NCBI GenBank assembly: GCA_963765535.1
Contig: CAVXWU010000017.1
Span: 160,199-224,198, forward strand
Source of the DNA: an uncultured Verrucomicrobiae bacterium
GTDB taxonomy: Bacteria; Verrucomicrobiota; Verrucomicrobiia; Limisphaerales; JAHDYP01
Direction: 5' to 3'
Length of the DNA: 64,000 nucleotides
Notes under the pieces: model-generated
What the model saw: only the letters and a program-made list of their open reading frames with translations
Told to the model about the DNA's origin: nothing
Database searches by the model: none
Shown: positions 19,309 to 28,882 of the stretch, in pieces
Layout: every line of letters starts with the position of its first letter
Position numbering within the stretch: position 1 is the stretch's first letter
Made by a program: the position numbers and the translations under genes

Positions 19309-20553
19309 ATGGCCAATCGCTTCAATGCCCAAGCCGCCGCCGGTCGCTTCCGATTTCGAATCGCCGCAGCCGTTGGGCTAGTTTTCCTCGCCACCGGGTG
19401 CGGCAGGCATCCCGCCGCCGCCGTAGCTCCTCCGGCGCCGCGCACGGTGCAGATTGGCAGCGCCGCGCTTCGACCCATGACGCGCGACGTGATCGCGATC
19501 GGGACATTGCTGGCCCGCGAGGAAGCCACCCTAAGTGTCAAGGTCCCTGGCCGCCTCCAACTTCTCGAAGTGGATCTCGGCGCCGCCGTCACCAACGGCC
19601 AGTTGCTCGCGCAAGTCGAGGCTCGGGATTACGAGCTGGAGTTGAGGCAGGCCGAGGCGTTCCTGGCCCAGGCCCGTGCGCGGTTGGGACTGCCGCTGGA
19701 AGGCCAGGAGGACAATGTCGATCCCGCCGAAACGAGCACTGTCCAGCAGACCCGCGCCCGGCTGGTGGAGGCGCGGTTGAATCGGGAACGTCTGATTAAA
19801 TTGGCCGAACAAGGAATCCTTGCGCAATCCGAACTCGAATCCGCGGAGGCGGCCTACGAGGTCGCCGCCAATGTGCATCGCAATGCCCTCGAAGAAGCCA
19901 AGAATCGCCTCGCACAACTTGCCCAACGGAAGGTCGAAGTCGAGATCGCTGAGAAAAAGCTGGTGGATGCCTCGGTCCGGGCGCCGTTTGCGGGTACGGT
20001 CAAAGAACGGCGGGCCAGCTTGGGCGAGTATCTGCCGGTCGGCACCCCAATCCTCACCTTGGTAGCCACGGACCCCCTTCGCCTCCGGTTGGAAGTGCCC
20101 GAACGCGATGCCGCCTCTGTGCGAATGGGCCAGCCCGTCCGGATCCTGGATGATGGCGAACCGACCTCGTATACCGGAGTAATCCGGCGTGTCAGCCCCG
20201 CAATCGATCCCACTACGCGTATGCTCGTGGTGGAAGCCGACGTACCCAACGATGGCTCGCTCCGGCCTGGGGCGTTCGCCCAGGCGGAAATCACGATCGC
20301 AAAGGCCGAGAACACGCTTACGGTGCCGCCGCAGGCCCTGGTCACCTTCGCCGGCATCGAAAAGGTTTTTGTGGTTGAGGATGGCAAGGCTTTGGAAAAG
20401 AACGTTGGCACCGGCCGGCGCGAACGCGATTGGATTGAGATCGTAAGCGGACTGCGTAATGGCGAAACCGTGGTGCTCAATCCCGGTAACCTCCAAAGCG
20501 GCCAGCCCGTCAAGATCGGCCCCGAATCCTCCGTGGCGGCCTCAAGCGGCTAA
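19309..20553 (+). CDS. efflux RND periplasmic adaptor (membrane fusion protein), lipoprotein
   Basis: I chose the ATG at 19309 because it gives a lipobox (AAAVGLVFLATGC). The coiled-coil hairpin and beta-barrel pattern (..VEARDYELELRQAEA..; ..VRAPFAGTVKERRASLGEYL..) is typical of the HlyD/AcrA family. An RND pump gene follows 13 nt later. Confidence 0.8.
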   Translation: MANRFNAQAAAGRFRFRIAAAVGLVFLATGCGRHPAAAVAPPAPRTVQIGSAALRPMTRDVIAIGTLLAREEATLSVKVPGRLQLLEVDLGAAVTNGQLLAQVEARDYELELRQAEAFLAQARARLGLPLEGQEDNVDPAETSTVQQTRARLVEARLNRERLIKLAEQGILAQSELESAEAAYEVAANVHRNALEEAKNRLAQLAQRKVEVEIAEKKLVDASVRAPFAGTVKERRASLGEYLPVGTPILTLVATDPLRLRLEVPERDAASVRMGQPVRILDDGEPTSYTGVIRRVSPAIDPTTRMLVVEADVPNDGSLRPGAFAQAEITIAKAENTLTVPPQALVTFAGIEKVFVVEDGKALEKNVGTGRRERDWIEIVSGLRNGETVVLNPGNLQSGQPVKIGPESSVAASSG

Positions 20554-20566
20554 TACCCGAGCGATC

Positions 20567-23500
20567 GTGCAAAAGCTCGCCGAAATCTCCATTCGCCGGC
20601 CCGTCTTCGCAACGATGTTGGTTCTGGCGCTGGTCGTGGTCGGGATCACAGCATATTTGAATCTCGGCGTGGATCGCTCGCCCCGGGTGGATGTCCCGAC
20701 AATCTATATCTCCACCCGATTGCCGGGCGCATCCCCGGTCGAGATCGAGACCCTCATTTCCCAACCCATCGAGGAAACGGTGAACACTGTCGAAGGCATC
20801 ACCGAATTACGGTCCATCTCCGGCAACGGCTTTTCCTTCGTGATCGTCCAGTTCGATCTAAGGCGAAACGTGAACCTCGCCGCTGAGGATATCCGTACCC
20901 GGCTTGCCACCGTCGTGAATAGTCTGCCGCGGGAGGCCGATCCGCCCGTCATCTTCAAATTCGATACGGAACGTTCCCCCATTCTCTCCATCGCACTGAC
21001 CGGTCCTCGCACGCTTCGAGAGTTGACCGAGCTGGCTGATAAAATCGTGAAACTCCACCTCGAACGCTGCCTCGGCGTCGGCGAGGTGGAACTCCGGGGC
21101 GATCTTGAACGTGCCATCAGTATTTGGATCGATCCCGATCGACTGGCCGCCTACGGAATCGCCATCACTGAAGTGCGCGACGCCATTGCGCGGCAGAACG
21201 CCAATATCCCCGGCGGCTACATCATGTCGCCTCTCCAGGAAAGATCCCTTCGAACTCTGGGGCGCATCGAGAATCCTCGGGAATTTAATGACCTTGTGGT
21301 CGCCACCCGCGAGGGCTCTGCCATCCGCATCCGCGACCTCGGTTGGGCCGAAGACGGCTCCAAAGAACAACGGTCCACGTCACGTTTGAACGGGCAACCC
21401 ACCGTAACGCTGGAAATCAGGCGCCAGACCGACGCCAATACCGTTGAGGTCATCGAAGCTGTAAAAGCGGCCATCCCAGGCCTAGCCTCACAGCTCCCCG
21501 CCGACGTGCGCCTGGAAATCATCGAAGACCAGTCGCGTTACATCTACGAGGCGCTCCACGAAATCCGGGCGCATCTGATTCTCGGAAGTATCCTGGCCAG
21601 CCTGGTCGTCTTTGCCTTCATGCGCAGCTGGCGGTCTACTGTCATCGCGGCCGTCGCCATCCCGGCTTCCGTCATCTCGACGTTCGGCATGATGTGGGCC
21701 ATGGATTTCACGCTCAACAGCGTGACCATGCTCGCCCTCGTCCTCATGGTCGGTGTGGTGATCGACGATGCCATCGTCGTGCTGGAAAATATCTTCCGGT
21801 TCGTCGAGGAGAAACAACTCTCCGCCCGTGAGGCCGCCCGCGCCGCCACGGCTGAGATTGGCCTGGCAGTCCTGGCTACAACGCTCAGCCTCGTGGTCAT
21901 CTTTGTCCCGGTTTCCTTCATGTCCAGCATCGCGGGCCGGTTCCTGTTCCAATTCGGCCTGACCGCGGCGGTGGCCGTGCTCGTGAGTTTGTTGGTCTCG
22001 TTCACTCTCACCCCGATGATGAGCTCGAGACTGTTCGCCTACCGCGCCATCGCTCGGGATGAACAGGCCCGGCCGAAATCGCGAGGCGGCTTCTATGCCC
22101 ACCTCGACCGCGGCTACCACCGGCTCCTGAATTGGGCCATGCACCATCGGCTCGTGGTCGCCGGCGCCGCCCTCTTGGTCATGATCGGCTCCCTTCCCCT
22201 GTATCACGCCGTGCCACAGGAATACACCCCAACGAACACCGACGAGGGCGAATTCGAAGTGCGCCTGACCGCCCGCGAAGGAACCAGCCTTCTGGCCATG
22301 GACGAGGCGGCACGCATCGCCGAGACCCGGATCCTCAGCCTCCCGCAGGTTCGCACTGCGCTTGCCACGATTGGTTCAACCCGTATCGGAGGCGCCAATC
22401 AAGCCAGGTTCTATGTCCGAATTGCCCCTCATGAGGAACGCACGTTCCGCTGGGGGCGGCTTCTTTCCCTGACCCCCTGGCGCGCCTTCTCGGGCAACTA
22501 TTCCCAAAATGATGTCATGCGCGAAATTCGATCGCGCCTGAGCGATCTCGCCGGCATCCGCATTGCCGTGCGCGGCGGCCAATCCTCCATTAGCGCCGGC
22601 GGACCCAACTTTGAAATTGATTTTTCCCTCCTCGGCCCCGAGCTCGAAGACCTCGCGCATTATGGAGAACTGCTCCGCGACCGGGCCCCCGAGCTCGGCC
22701 TCGAAGATGCCGACACCACGCTGAAGCTCGACAAACCCGAACTGAAAGTGGAAATCGACCGCGAACGCGCCGCCGCGCTCGGAGTCGATACCCAGGATAT
22801 CGCCGACGCCCTCCGAATTATGGTGGGCGGCGAGGAGCGCGTCTCTCGTTACCGCGACGCCCAGGTCAATGAGGAGTACGACGTCCAGTTACGCCTCATC
22901 GAGTCCGGGCGTAATAGTGCCGAAACGATTTCGCGTCTTTATGTCCCCAGGCGCGGCCAAGGTCTTATCCGGTTGGATAACCTGGTTCAACTCGTGCCCG
23001 GGACCACGGCCTCCCGCATCGACCGCCTCGACCGCCAGCGCCAGGTCAGCCTCCGCGCGGGCATCGCCGATGGCTATGCCCTCTCCGACCGCCTGGAGGC
23101 CTTGCGCCAGGCCGTGCGCGAAATGAATCTCCCCCCGACCTATACAACTCGCGTCTCCGGACGCGGTCGGGAACTCGAAACCACATTCAACGAGTTCCTT
23201 TGGGCGTTTCTACTCTCCGTCATCTTCATGTACATGATCCTCGCATCCCAATATGAGAGTCTGGTCCATCCGTTCACGATTTTGCTCTCCCTCCCTTTGT
23301 CCCTCCCGTTCGCTCTTTTCTCGCTCTGGATCAGTGGCAACACGCTCAATCTTTACTCCGCCCTCGGCCTCCTCGTCCTCTTCGGCGTGGTCAAGAAGAA
23401 TGCCATCCTCCAGATCGATCACATGAATCAATTGCGTCGGAAAGGCCAGGAACGCCTCTCGGCCATTCTCCAGGCCAATCGTGACCGGCTTCGACCCATC

Positions 23501-23755
23501 CTTATGACCACCCTCACTCTGGTCGCCGGCATGCTCCCGCTCGCGCTGGGCACCGGGCCCGGCGCCGAGGAACGCCGCGCGGTGGCCATCGTCGTCATCG
23601 GTGGACAGACCCTATGCCTGCTCCTTACCCTGCTCGTAACGCCCGTGGTCTACTCGCTCCTGGATGATGCGGCCGAGATGTTCCGTCGACGCCTGCGCCA
23701 CCCCGCCGCCCTTCCGGCGAAATCCGGTTGCGAGGTCCCTTCCTTGGACGGTTGA
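20567..23755 (+). CDS. efflux RND transporter permease
   Basis: An in-frame GTG at 20567 gives VQKLAEISIRRPVFATMLVLALVVVG.., the canonical RND N-terminus. About 1060 aa with repeated 6-TM halves (..DDAIVVLENIFR..; ..KKNAILQIDH..). Confidence 0.85.
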   Translation: MQKLAEISIRRPVFATMLVLALVVVGITAYLNLGVDRSPRVDVPTIYISTRLPGASPVEIETLISQPIEETVNTVEGITELRSISGNGFSFVIVQFDLRRNVNLAAEDIRTRLATVVNSLPREADPPVIFKFDTERSPILSIALTGPRTLRELTELADKIVKLHLERCLGVGEVELRGDLERAISIWIDPDRLAAYGIAITEVRDAIARQNANIPGGYIMSPLQERSLRTLGRIENPREFNDLVVATREGSAIRIRDLGWAEDGSKEQRSTSRLNGQPTVTLEIRRQTDANTVEVIEAVKAAIPGLASQLPADVRLEIIEDQSRYIYEALHEIRAHLILGSILASLVVFAFMRSWRSTVIAAVAIPASVISTFGMMWAMDFTLNSVTMLALVLMVGVVIDDAIVVLENIFRFVEEKQLSAREAARAATAEIGLAVLATTLSLVVIFVPVSFMSSIAGRFLFQFGLTAAVAVLVSLLVSFTLTPMMSSRLFAYRAIARDEQARPKSRGGFYAHLDRGYHRLLNWAMHHRLVVAGAALLVMIGSLPLYHAVPQEYTPTNTDEGEFEVRLTAREGTSLLAMDEAARIAETRILSLPQVRTALATIGSTRIGGANQARFYVRIAPHEERTFRWGRLLSLTPWRAFSGNYSQNDVMREIRSRLSDLAGIRIAVRGGQSSISAGGPNFEIDFSLLGPELEDLAHYGELLRDRAPELGLEDADTTLKLDKPELKVEIDRERAAALGVDTQDIADALRIMVGGEERVSRYRDAQVNEEYDVQLRLIESGRNSAETISRLYVPRRGQGLIRLDNLVQLVPGTTASRIDRLDRQRQVSLRAGIADGYALSDRLEALRQAVREMNLPPTYTTRVSGRGRELETTFNEFLWAFLLSVIFMYMILASQYESLVHPFTILLSLPLSLPFALFSLWISGNTLNLYSALGLLVLFGVVKKNAILQIDHMNQLRRKGQERLSAILQANRDRLRPILMTTLTLVAGMLPLALGTGPGAEERRAVAIVVIGGQTLCLLLTLLVTPVVYSLLDDAAEMFRRRLRHPAALPAKSGCEVPSLDG

Positions 23756-24004
23756 TCTCGAGGGGCACGGATTGCCGCTATGGAGCGAAACGTCCACGCC
23801 GAGTTGTAGTCGCTTCGCGCTAGCGCCTCAGCGGACCCACGACTTCCTTTCAACTGAAAAGCGACGCGAACCTCTCCGCGTTCCCTGAACAATCCTTGCA
23901 TCTCCTCACCCAATCTGTTTTAGAAGAAGAGAACCGCCCAGCTCGGGATCGTCGTCTACGATCCCCGCTGGCTCAGGAAAACGCGAGGCCAACGGAACAA
24001 GACT

Positions 24005-24403
24005 ATGGAAACCACACGAACAGAACCCACGGTCCCTGATCCCATCCGCCGAAATAACCGCCGGTTTGCCGAGGCCTTGCCGAGAAAGGACGCCGCGGGT
24101 ATCGCAGCGCTTTACACGAAAGCGGCGCGCATCTACCCACCCCATGCCGAGATGTGCGAAGGTGGCGAACCCATCCGCGGCTTCTGGCAGGGTGTCATGG
24201 ACATGGGAGTCGCCGAGGTGTCCTTGGAAACCCTCGAATTCGAAGCGCTCGGAGACACCGGCTGGGAAACTGGCCTGGGCACGCTCAAGGGCCGCGATGG
24301 TGCCGTGCTCGACACTGTGAAATACGTGGTCATCTGGAAAAAAGAAAACGGAGAATGGAAGTGGCATCGAGACATTTGGAATAGCAGCAGGGACCCGAGC
24401 TGA
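24005..24403 (+). CDS. SnoaL-like / NTF2-fold (DUF4440-like) protein
   Basis: 132 aa. ..NNRRFAEALPRKDAAGIAALYTKAARIYPP.. ..GRDGAVLDTVKYVVIWKKENGEWKWHRDIWNS is the typical end of NTF2-like small proteins. Confidence 0.55.
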   Translation: METTRTEPTVPDPIRRNNRRFAEALPRKDAAGIAALYTKAARIYPPHAEMCEGGEPIRGFWQGVMDMGVAEVSLETLEFEALGDTGWETGLGTLKGRDGAVLDTVKYVVIWKKENGEWKWHRDIWNSSRDPS

Positions 24404-24625
24404 TGCTGCGTAGAGGAGTCGGGGAGCTAGCCAGTCGACGTTCCAATCCCCGGCGCTTGCTTGCGCATTGAAATGTTCGCGAACTCCTGGCCATACGCTC
24501 GTTCCTGAAAGTATGGCCACAATCTTTTCCCGCCGGATCTTACCCGGCTTCCAGGTCAGTTTCGCGCGTCCCGGGCGCAGTCGCGCACCTTCGATGAGAT
24601 TCAACAGGCGCTCGGATTGCGGCGC

Positions 24626-25174
24626 TCACAGCGCTCCGTCCTCTTGGAGGATGGCGTAAACCACCACATCCTCGAACCTGTCCCACTTGCGGATGGCCTG
24701 CCGGAGCAATCCCTCCCGCCGCAACCCGGCCTTCTCCAGCACCCTGCCGGACGCGGGGTTCCGGGTCATGTGATGAGCGTGGATCCGGTTCAGCCCAAGG
24801 GCCTCGAACCCGTAATGCACCACCGCTCGGGCGGCTTCGGTCGCGTAGCCCTGGCCCCAGCGCTCGACGGCAATCCAGAATCCCATTTCGGCGCAGCGGT
24901 GTTCAGCATCAATGTGCAATCCGATGCCGCCAATCAATTCAGCCGTGCTTGCCAGCACAATCCCAAAGGTCGCGCTTTTGCCTTCCGTCGAGTCGGCGAG
25001 CCGTTGAGCCAGCCAATCCTGCGCCTGTGCCAAAGAGAGCGGATGCGGAATCGATCGGGTTATGGCCGCCACTTCGCGTCTGCCGGCCAGTCGCTGGATG
25101 GTCGTAGCGTCGCCGAGCGTCAGCGGTCTCAACCGCAGTCGTTGCGTCGTGATCGTGGTCGGGGCGGACATCAT
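24626..25174 (-). CDS. GNAT family N-acetyltransferase (RimJ/RimL-like)
   Basis: TQRLRLRPLTLGDATTIQRLAG.. is the typical RimJ/L-type N-terminus. The ..IAVERWGQGYATEAARAVVHYGFEALGLNRIHA.. block is an acetyl-CoA binding motif. Confidence 0.75.
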   Translation of the reverse strand: MMSAPTTITTQRLRLRPLTLGDATTIQRLAGRREVAAITRSIPHPLSLAQAQDWLAQRLADSTEGKSATFGIVLASTAELIGGIGLHIDAEHRCAEMGFWIAVERWGQGYATEAARAVVHYGFEALGLNRIHAHHMTRNPASGRVLEKAGLRREGLLRQAIRKWDRFEDVVVYAILQEDGAL

Positions 25175-25212
25175 GCCTGGCGGACGACCGGCTCCTGGGG
25201 ACGCCGGTGCCG

Positions 25213-25716
25213 CTACGTTTTGCCTGCCGACCGGTTCAAGAACGCCAGCACCTTGGCCGGGTCGTGGTGGTCGCCTTCTTCAAGCTTTCCGGTGTCTTGC
25301 GTGGTCAATGGCCTGCCGTCGGAATCGAGAATCACGATGACCGGCAGCCCATGCTGGGTGGGCCGGCCATACTTTCGATCGATGTCTGCGTTGTGGCCCT
25401 GGTTCACGTCGATCAGGACCACCACGTACGCCTCTTTGAGCTTGGCAGCGATGGAAGCGTCGGTCTGGAACAGCGCGTGCAGCCGGTGACACCAGCCGCA
25501 CCAGTTCGCGCCGAATTGTAGCAGCACGCGCTTGTCCTCCCTTCCCGCCACGACCAGTGCGTCGGCGATTTGCTTGCCGCCGTCTGCAGTTTCGTCGTAG
25601 AGGACTGGGCGGTCCGGTTTCGAGGACACGTCAGCGGCGAAAAGAGAAACGTTGCTGAACCCGGCCAGAGTTACGATGGCCAGGAACCAATTCGCCGGGC
25701 GACGATAGGCTTTCAT
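25213..25716 (-). CDS. secreted thioredoxin-fold protein
   Basis: The start at the internal ATG (25716) gives a signal peptide, MKAYRRPANWFLAIVTLAGFSNVSLFA. There is a CxxC motif in LLQFGANWCGWCHRLH. Confidence 0.65.
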   Translation of the reverse strand: MKAYRRPANWFLAIVTLAGFSNVSLFAADVSSKPDRPVLYDETADGGKQIADALVVAGREDKRVLLQFGANWCGWCHRLHALFQTDASIAAKLKEAYVVVLIDVNQGHNADIDRKYGRPTQHGLPVIVILDSDGRPLTTQDTGKLEEGDHHDPAKVLAFLNRSAGKT

Positions 25717-25872
25717 AGTCTGAATCTTCGGATATGCCGGGAATCTTGCTTCTGCGCGGGTTGGATGCAAGCCCGCACCGAGGGGCCGAGGGGCATTTCC
25801 AGACGAGTCGACCGGAACCAACCTGGTCTTTTGGATCTTGCTCCAAAGACCTTGACGACAGAGCATCCCCGC

Positions 25873-28848
25873 ATGACCACCGCTGTGATTCCATGCCCCC
25901 GTCCCGTTTCATTCTGCCAGAACCGTTCGCGCGGGCTCATTCTGCTGGTCGCTCTTCTGATCGCCGTCCCCCGAAGCGCGATCGCCCGGGCGCCCAGTGA
26001 GGCATCTCCGGACACGATCAAGTCGGTCAGTCTCGCCGTTTCCTCGCTTGTTCCCAAGACCGCAGCGGGCGCGCGCAACCGGCTGGTCGTCACCATGGAT
26101 TCCGCCGGCGCCTCGAACGTGACGGTGCGCCTCTCGAGCCCGGTCTGGCCAGAGCCCAAAGCCGAAGAAGTTGGGACGCTCGAACCGGGGAAGCGAACGG
26201 TGGAATTCACGGTTCCACCGCTCACGACAGACACGCCGGTGACGGTTCGTCTCGATACGCCCGCGGAGCAGCGGGAGTTCGGGCCGTTCACCGTTATGCC
26301 GCCGCGGAAGTGGACCGTCTACCTGACTCAGCACACGCACACGGATATCGGCTATACCCGGCCGCAAACCGAGATTCTTCCCGAGCATCTCCGTTACATC
26401 GACTACGCTTTGGATTACTGCGACCTCACCGACGGTTATCCCGATGATGCCCGCTTTCGTTGGACGTGCGAGACCTCGTGGGCCGTGCGCGAATATCTCA
26501 GGGACCGCCCGCCCCGGCAGATCGAACGCCTCAAAAAACGGGTTGCGGAAGGGCGCATCGAAATCTGCGGGCTGATGCTGAACATGTCCGAAATCGCCAG
26601 CGAAAGTTCCCTGGCGGCGCTGTTGCGCCCACTGCGGGAAATGAAGGACGACTACGGGTTGGCCGTTCACACCGCGATGCAAAACGACGTCAATGGCGCG
26701 GGCTGGTGTCTGGTCGATTATTTCAGCGGCATCGGCATCCGCTATCTCACCATGGGGATCAACCGAACGCGTTCCATTCTGCCGTTTGATCAGCCCACCC
26801 CGTTCTGGTGGGAATCGCCTTCGGGCAAGCGGGTGCTGGCCTACCGCGCGGATCACTATCACCTGGGCAATATGTGGAAGATCCACGAGGGCAAGGTCGA
26901 AACCTTCGGGCCGAACCTCGACAAATATTTGATCTCCCTGGAACAGCGCGACTACCCTTTCGACCGCATCAGCGTCCAATTCTCCGGCTATCACACCGAC
27001 AACTCGCCGCCCGCCGTCATCGAGTGCGACCTGGTTCGCGCCTGGAACGAACAATTGGCGTGGCCCAAACTGAGGCTCTCCACGTCCCAGGAGTTCCTCA
27101 CCTATGTCGAAAAAGAGCACAGTGATGAACTCCCGGTGCATCGCCAGGCGTGGCCGGATTGGTGGACCGATGGCTTCGGCTCGGCCGCCCGGGAAACCGC
27201 CGCCGCGCGCGAGACGGAGACCGCGATGGAGGTCAACCATGGGCTGCTGGCCATCGCCTCCATCCTCGGCGCGCAGATCAAGCCGCAAACCATGCAACGC
27301 TCCCGCGCCATTCAGGACGATCTGCTTTTCTACGAGGAGCACACTTTTGGCGCCGCCGAAAGTATCAGTGACCCGCTCGCCGAGAATTCCCAGGTCCAAT
27401 GGGGCGAAAAATCCGCGTACGCCTGGAGCGCAGTAAAGGATTCTCATCTCCTGCGTGAGGAGGCGTTCGGGCTGATCCAGGATTTTTTACCGCGCGCCGG
27501 CGTGCCCACCGTCGCCGTCTGCAATACTTTGAACTGGCCACGCTCCGGCCTGGTACGGGTATTCATCGACAATGAGATGCTTCCTCCAGACCGCGCGTTC
27601 CGCATTGTCGATGGCTCGCAAACGGTCGCCGTCCAGGGCCTGGAACGACGGTCCGAGGGCACCTACTGGGCCCTGTGGGTGCGGGACGTTCCACCGCTCG
27701 GTTACAAGATTCTACGGATCGAGACCAGTGACGAACCGCGCCCCAAAGAGATGCCCGGGCCCGACTCCCTGGAAAACGAGTTCTATCGACTCGCACTCGA
27801 TCCCGACCGCGGTGTCATCAAAACCTTGTTCGACAAGGAGACCGGTCGCGAACTGGTGGATTCGACCGCGGCTTGGGGTTTGGGCCAGTGCATCTACGAA
27901 ACAATGCCGGACCGCCGCGACCTCAAACCGGAGGCGTTCACCCGCAGATCCGTGCGGAACGTGAAAGTGACACCGGGTGCCGGCGGCCCGATCTGGAAAA
28001 GCCTCATGCTCGAGGCGGACCTGGAGGGTTGCTCCGACCGCAACGGTCTGCGCGCCGAAATCCGGCTGTATGACACCGAGAAACGCATCGAACTGCGATA
28101 CGCCCTTCGCAAGCTGCCGGTCCGATCCCCCGAGGCAGTTTACGTCGCGTTCCCGTTCCAGGCGCCGGGCAGCTCCATGCTCTACGAAGCTCAGGGCGGT
28201 TGCGTCACCCCGGGTGTCGACCAGATCCCCGGGTCATCGTCCGACTGGCAAACGCTCCAGGGCTTCATCGCCATTCGTGGGGCCGACGGTCAGATCATCA
28301 CTGGAAGCGAACAAGTGCCATTGGTTCAATTGGGCGATTTCAATTTGGGCAAATGGCAGCCGGTGACGCGCGTTGAGCAGCCGCACATCTATTCATGGGT
28401 GATGAACAACTACTGGTTCACCAACTTTCGCACCGAACAGGAAGGCGAATTCAAGTTCGATTACTTCCTGACGTCCACCCGGGATACGAGTCGCACGTTC
28501 GCGACGCGATTTGGCTGGGGCAGTCGAACACCCTTGGCCGCGCGCGTGTTGCCACCCGTGAAATCGGGGACCCGACGCATACCCCAGCGGCTGTCCTCCC
28601 TCGCGATCACCGCGCCCAATCTCCTGATCGTTGAAGCGCGTCCCGCCCGGGACGGTGACGGCATCATCCTCCATTTGCGCGAGCTCGAAGGCAATTCGGT
28701 CACGATCACCGAGGACGACGTCCCGGCCGCGAGCCCCATCCAAAGCGCCGACGAAGTGAACGTGCTGGAAGAAGCGATCCGGACGGGAATCGAATCGCTG
28801 ACCTTCAAGCCTTACGAAGTGAAATTCCTGCGACTGAAATTCCGCTGA
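25873..28848 (+). CDS. glycoside hydrolase family 38-like (alpha-mannosidase-like), secreted
   Basis: The ATG at 25873 gives a hydrophobic leader (..GLILLVALLIAVPRSAIA). VYLTQHTHTDIGYTRPQ resembles the GH38 N-terminal metal-binding H-x-H-x-D block. Large multi-domain size (about 990 aa). Confidence 0.6.
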   Translation: MTTAVIPCPRPVSFCQNRSRGLILLVALLIAVPRSAIARAPSEASPDTIKSVSLAVSSLVPKTAAGARNRLVVTMDSAGASNVTVRLSSPVWPEPKAEEVGTLEPGKRTVEFTVPPLTTDTPVTVRLDTPAEQREFGPFTVMPPRKWTVYLTQHTHTDIGYTRPQTEILPEHLRYIDYALDYCDLTDGYPDDARFRWTCETSWAVREYLRDRPPRQIERLKKRVAEGRIEICGLMLNMSEIASESSLAALLRPLREMKDDYGLAVHTAMQNDVNGAGWCLVDYFSGIGIRYLTMGINRTRSILPFDQPTPFWWESPSGKRVLAYRADHYHLGNMWKIHEGKVETFGPNLDKYLISLEQRDYPFDRISVQFSGYHTDNSPPAVIECDLVRAWNEQLAWPKLRLSTSQEFLTYVEKEHSDELPVHRQAWPDWWTDGFGSAARETAAARETETAMEVNHGLLAIASILGAQIKPQTMQRSRAIQDDLLFYEEHTFGAAESISDPLAENSQVQWGEKSAYAWSAVKDSHLLREEAFGLIQDFLPRAGVPTVAVCNTLNWPRSGLVRVFIDNEMLPPDRAFRIVDGSQTVAVQGLERRSEGTYWALWVRDVPPLGYKILRIETSDEPRPKEMPGPDSLENEFYRLALDPDRGVIKTLFDKETGRELVDSTAAWGLGQCIYETMPDRRDLKPEAFTRRSVRNVKVTPGAGGPIWKSLMLEADLEGCSDRNGLRAEIRLYDTEKRIELRYALRKLPVRSPEAVYVAFPFQAPGSSMLYEAQGGCVTPGVDQIPGSSSDWQTLQGFIAIRGADGQIITGSEQVPLVQLGDFNLGKWQPVTRVEQPHIYSWVMNNYWFTNFRTEQEGEFKFDYFLTSTRDTSRTFATRFGWGSRTPLAARVLPPVKSGTRRIPQRLSSLAITAPNLLIVEARPARDGDGIILHLRELEGNSVTITEDDVPAASPIQSADEVNVLEEAIRTGIESLTFKPYEVKFLRLKFR

Positions 28849-28882
28849 TCCCGGCCGATCGCTGATTGGTGAAATTTCCGGG

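Noticed and set aside
23906-24604. 232-aa minus-strand ORF overlapping the SnoaL-like gene
   Set aside because: It has no recognisable features, and the opposite-strand 132-aa ORF has a clear NTF2-like pattern. It is likely spurious.
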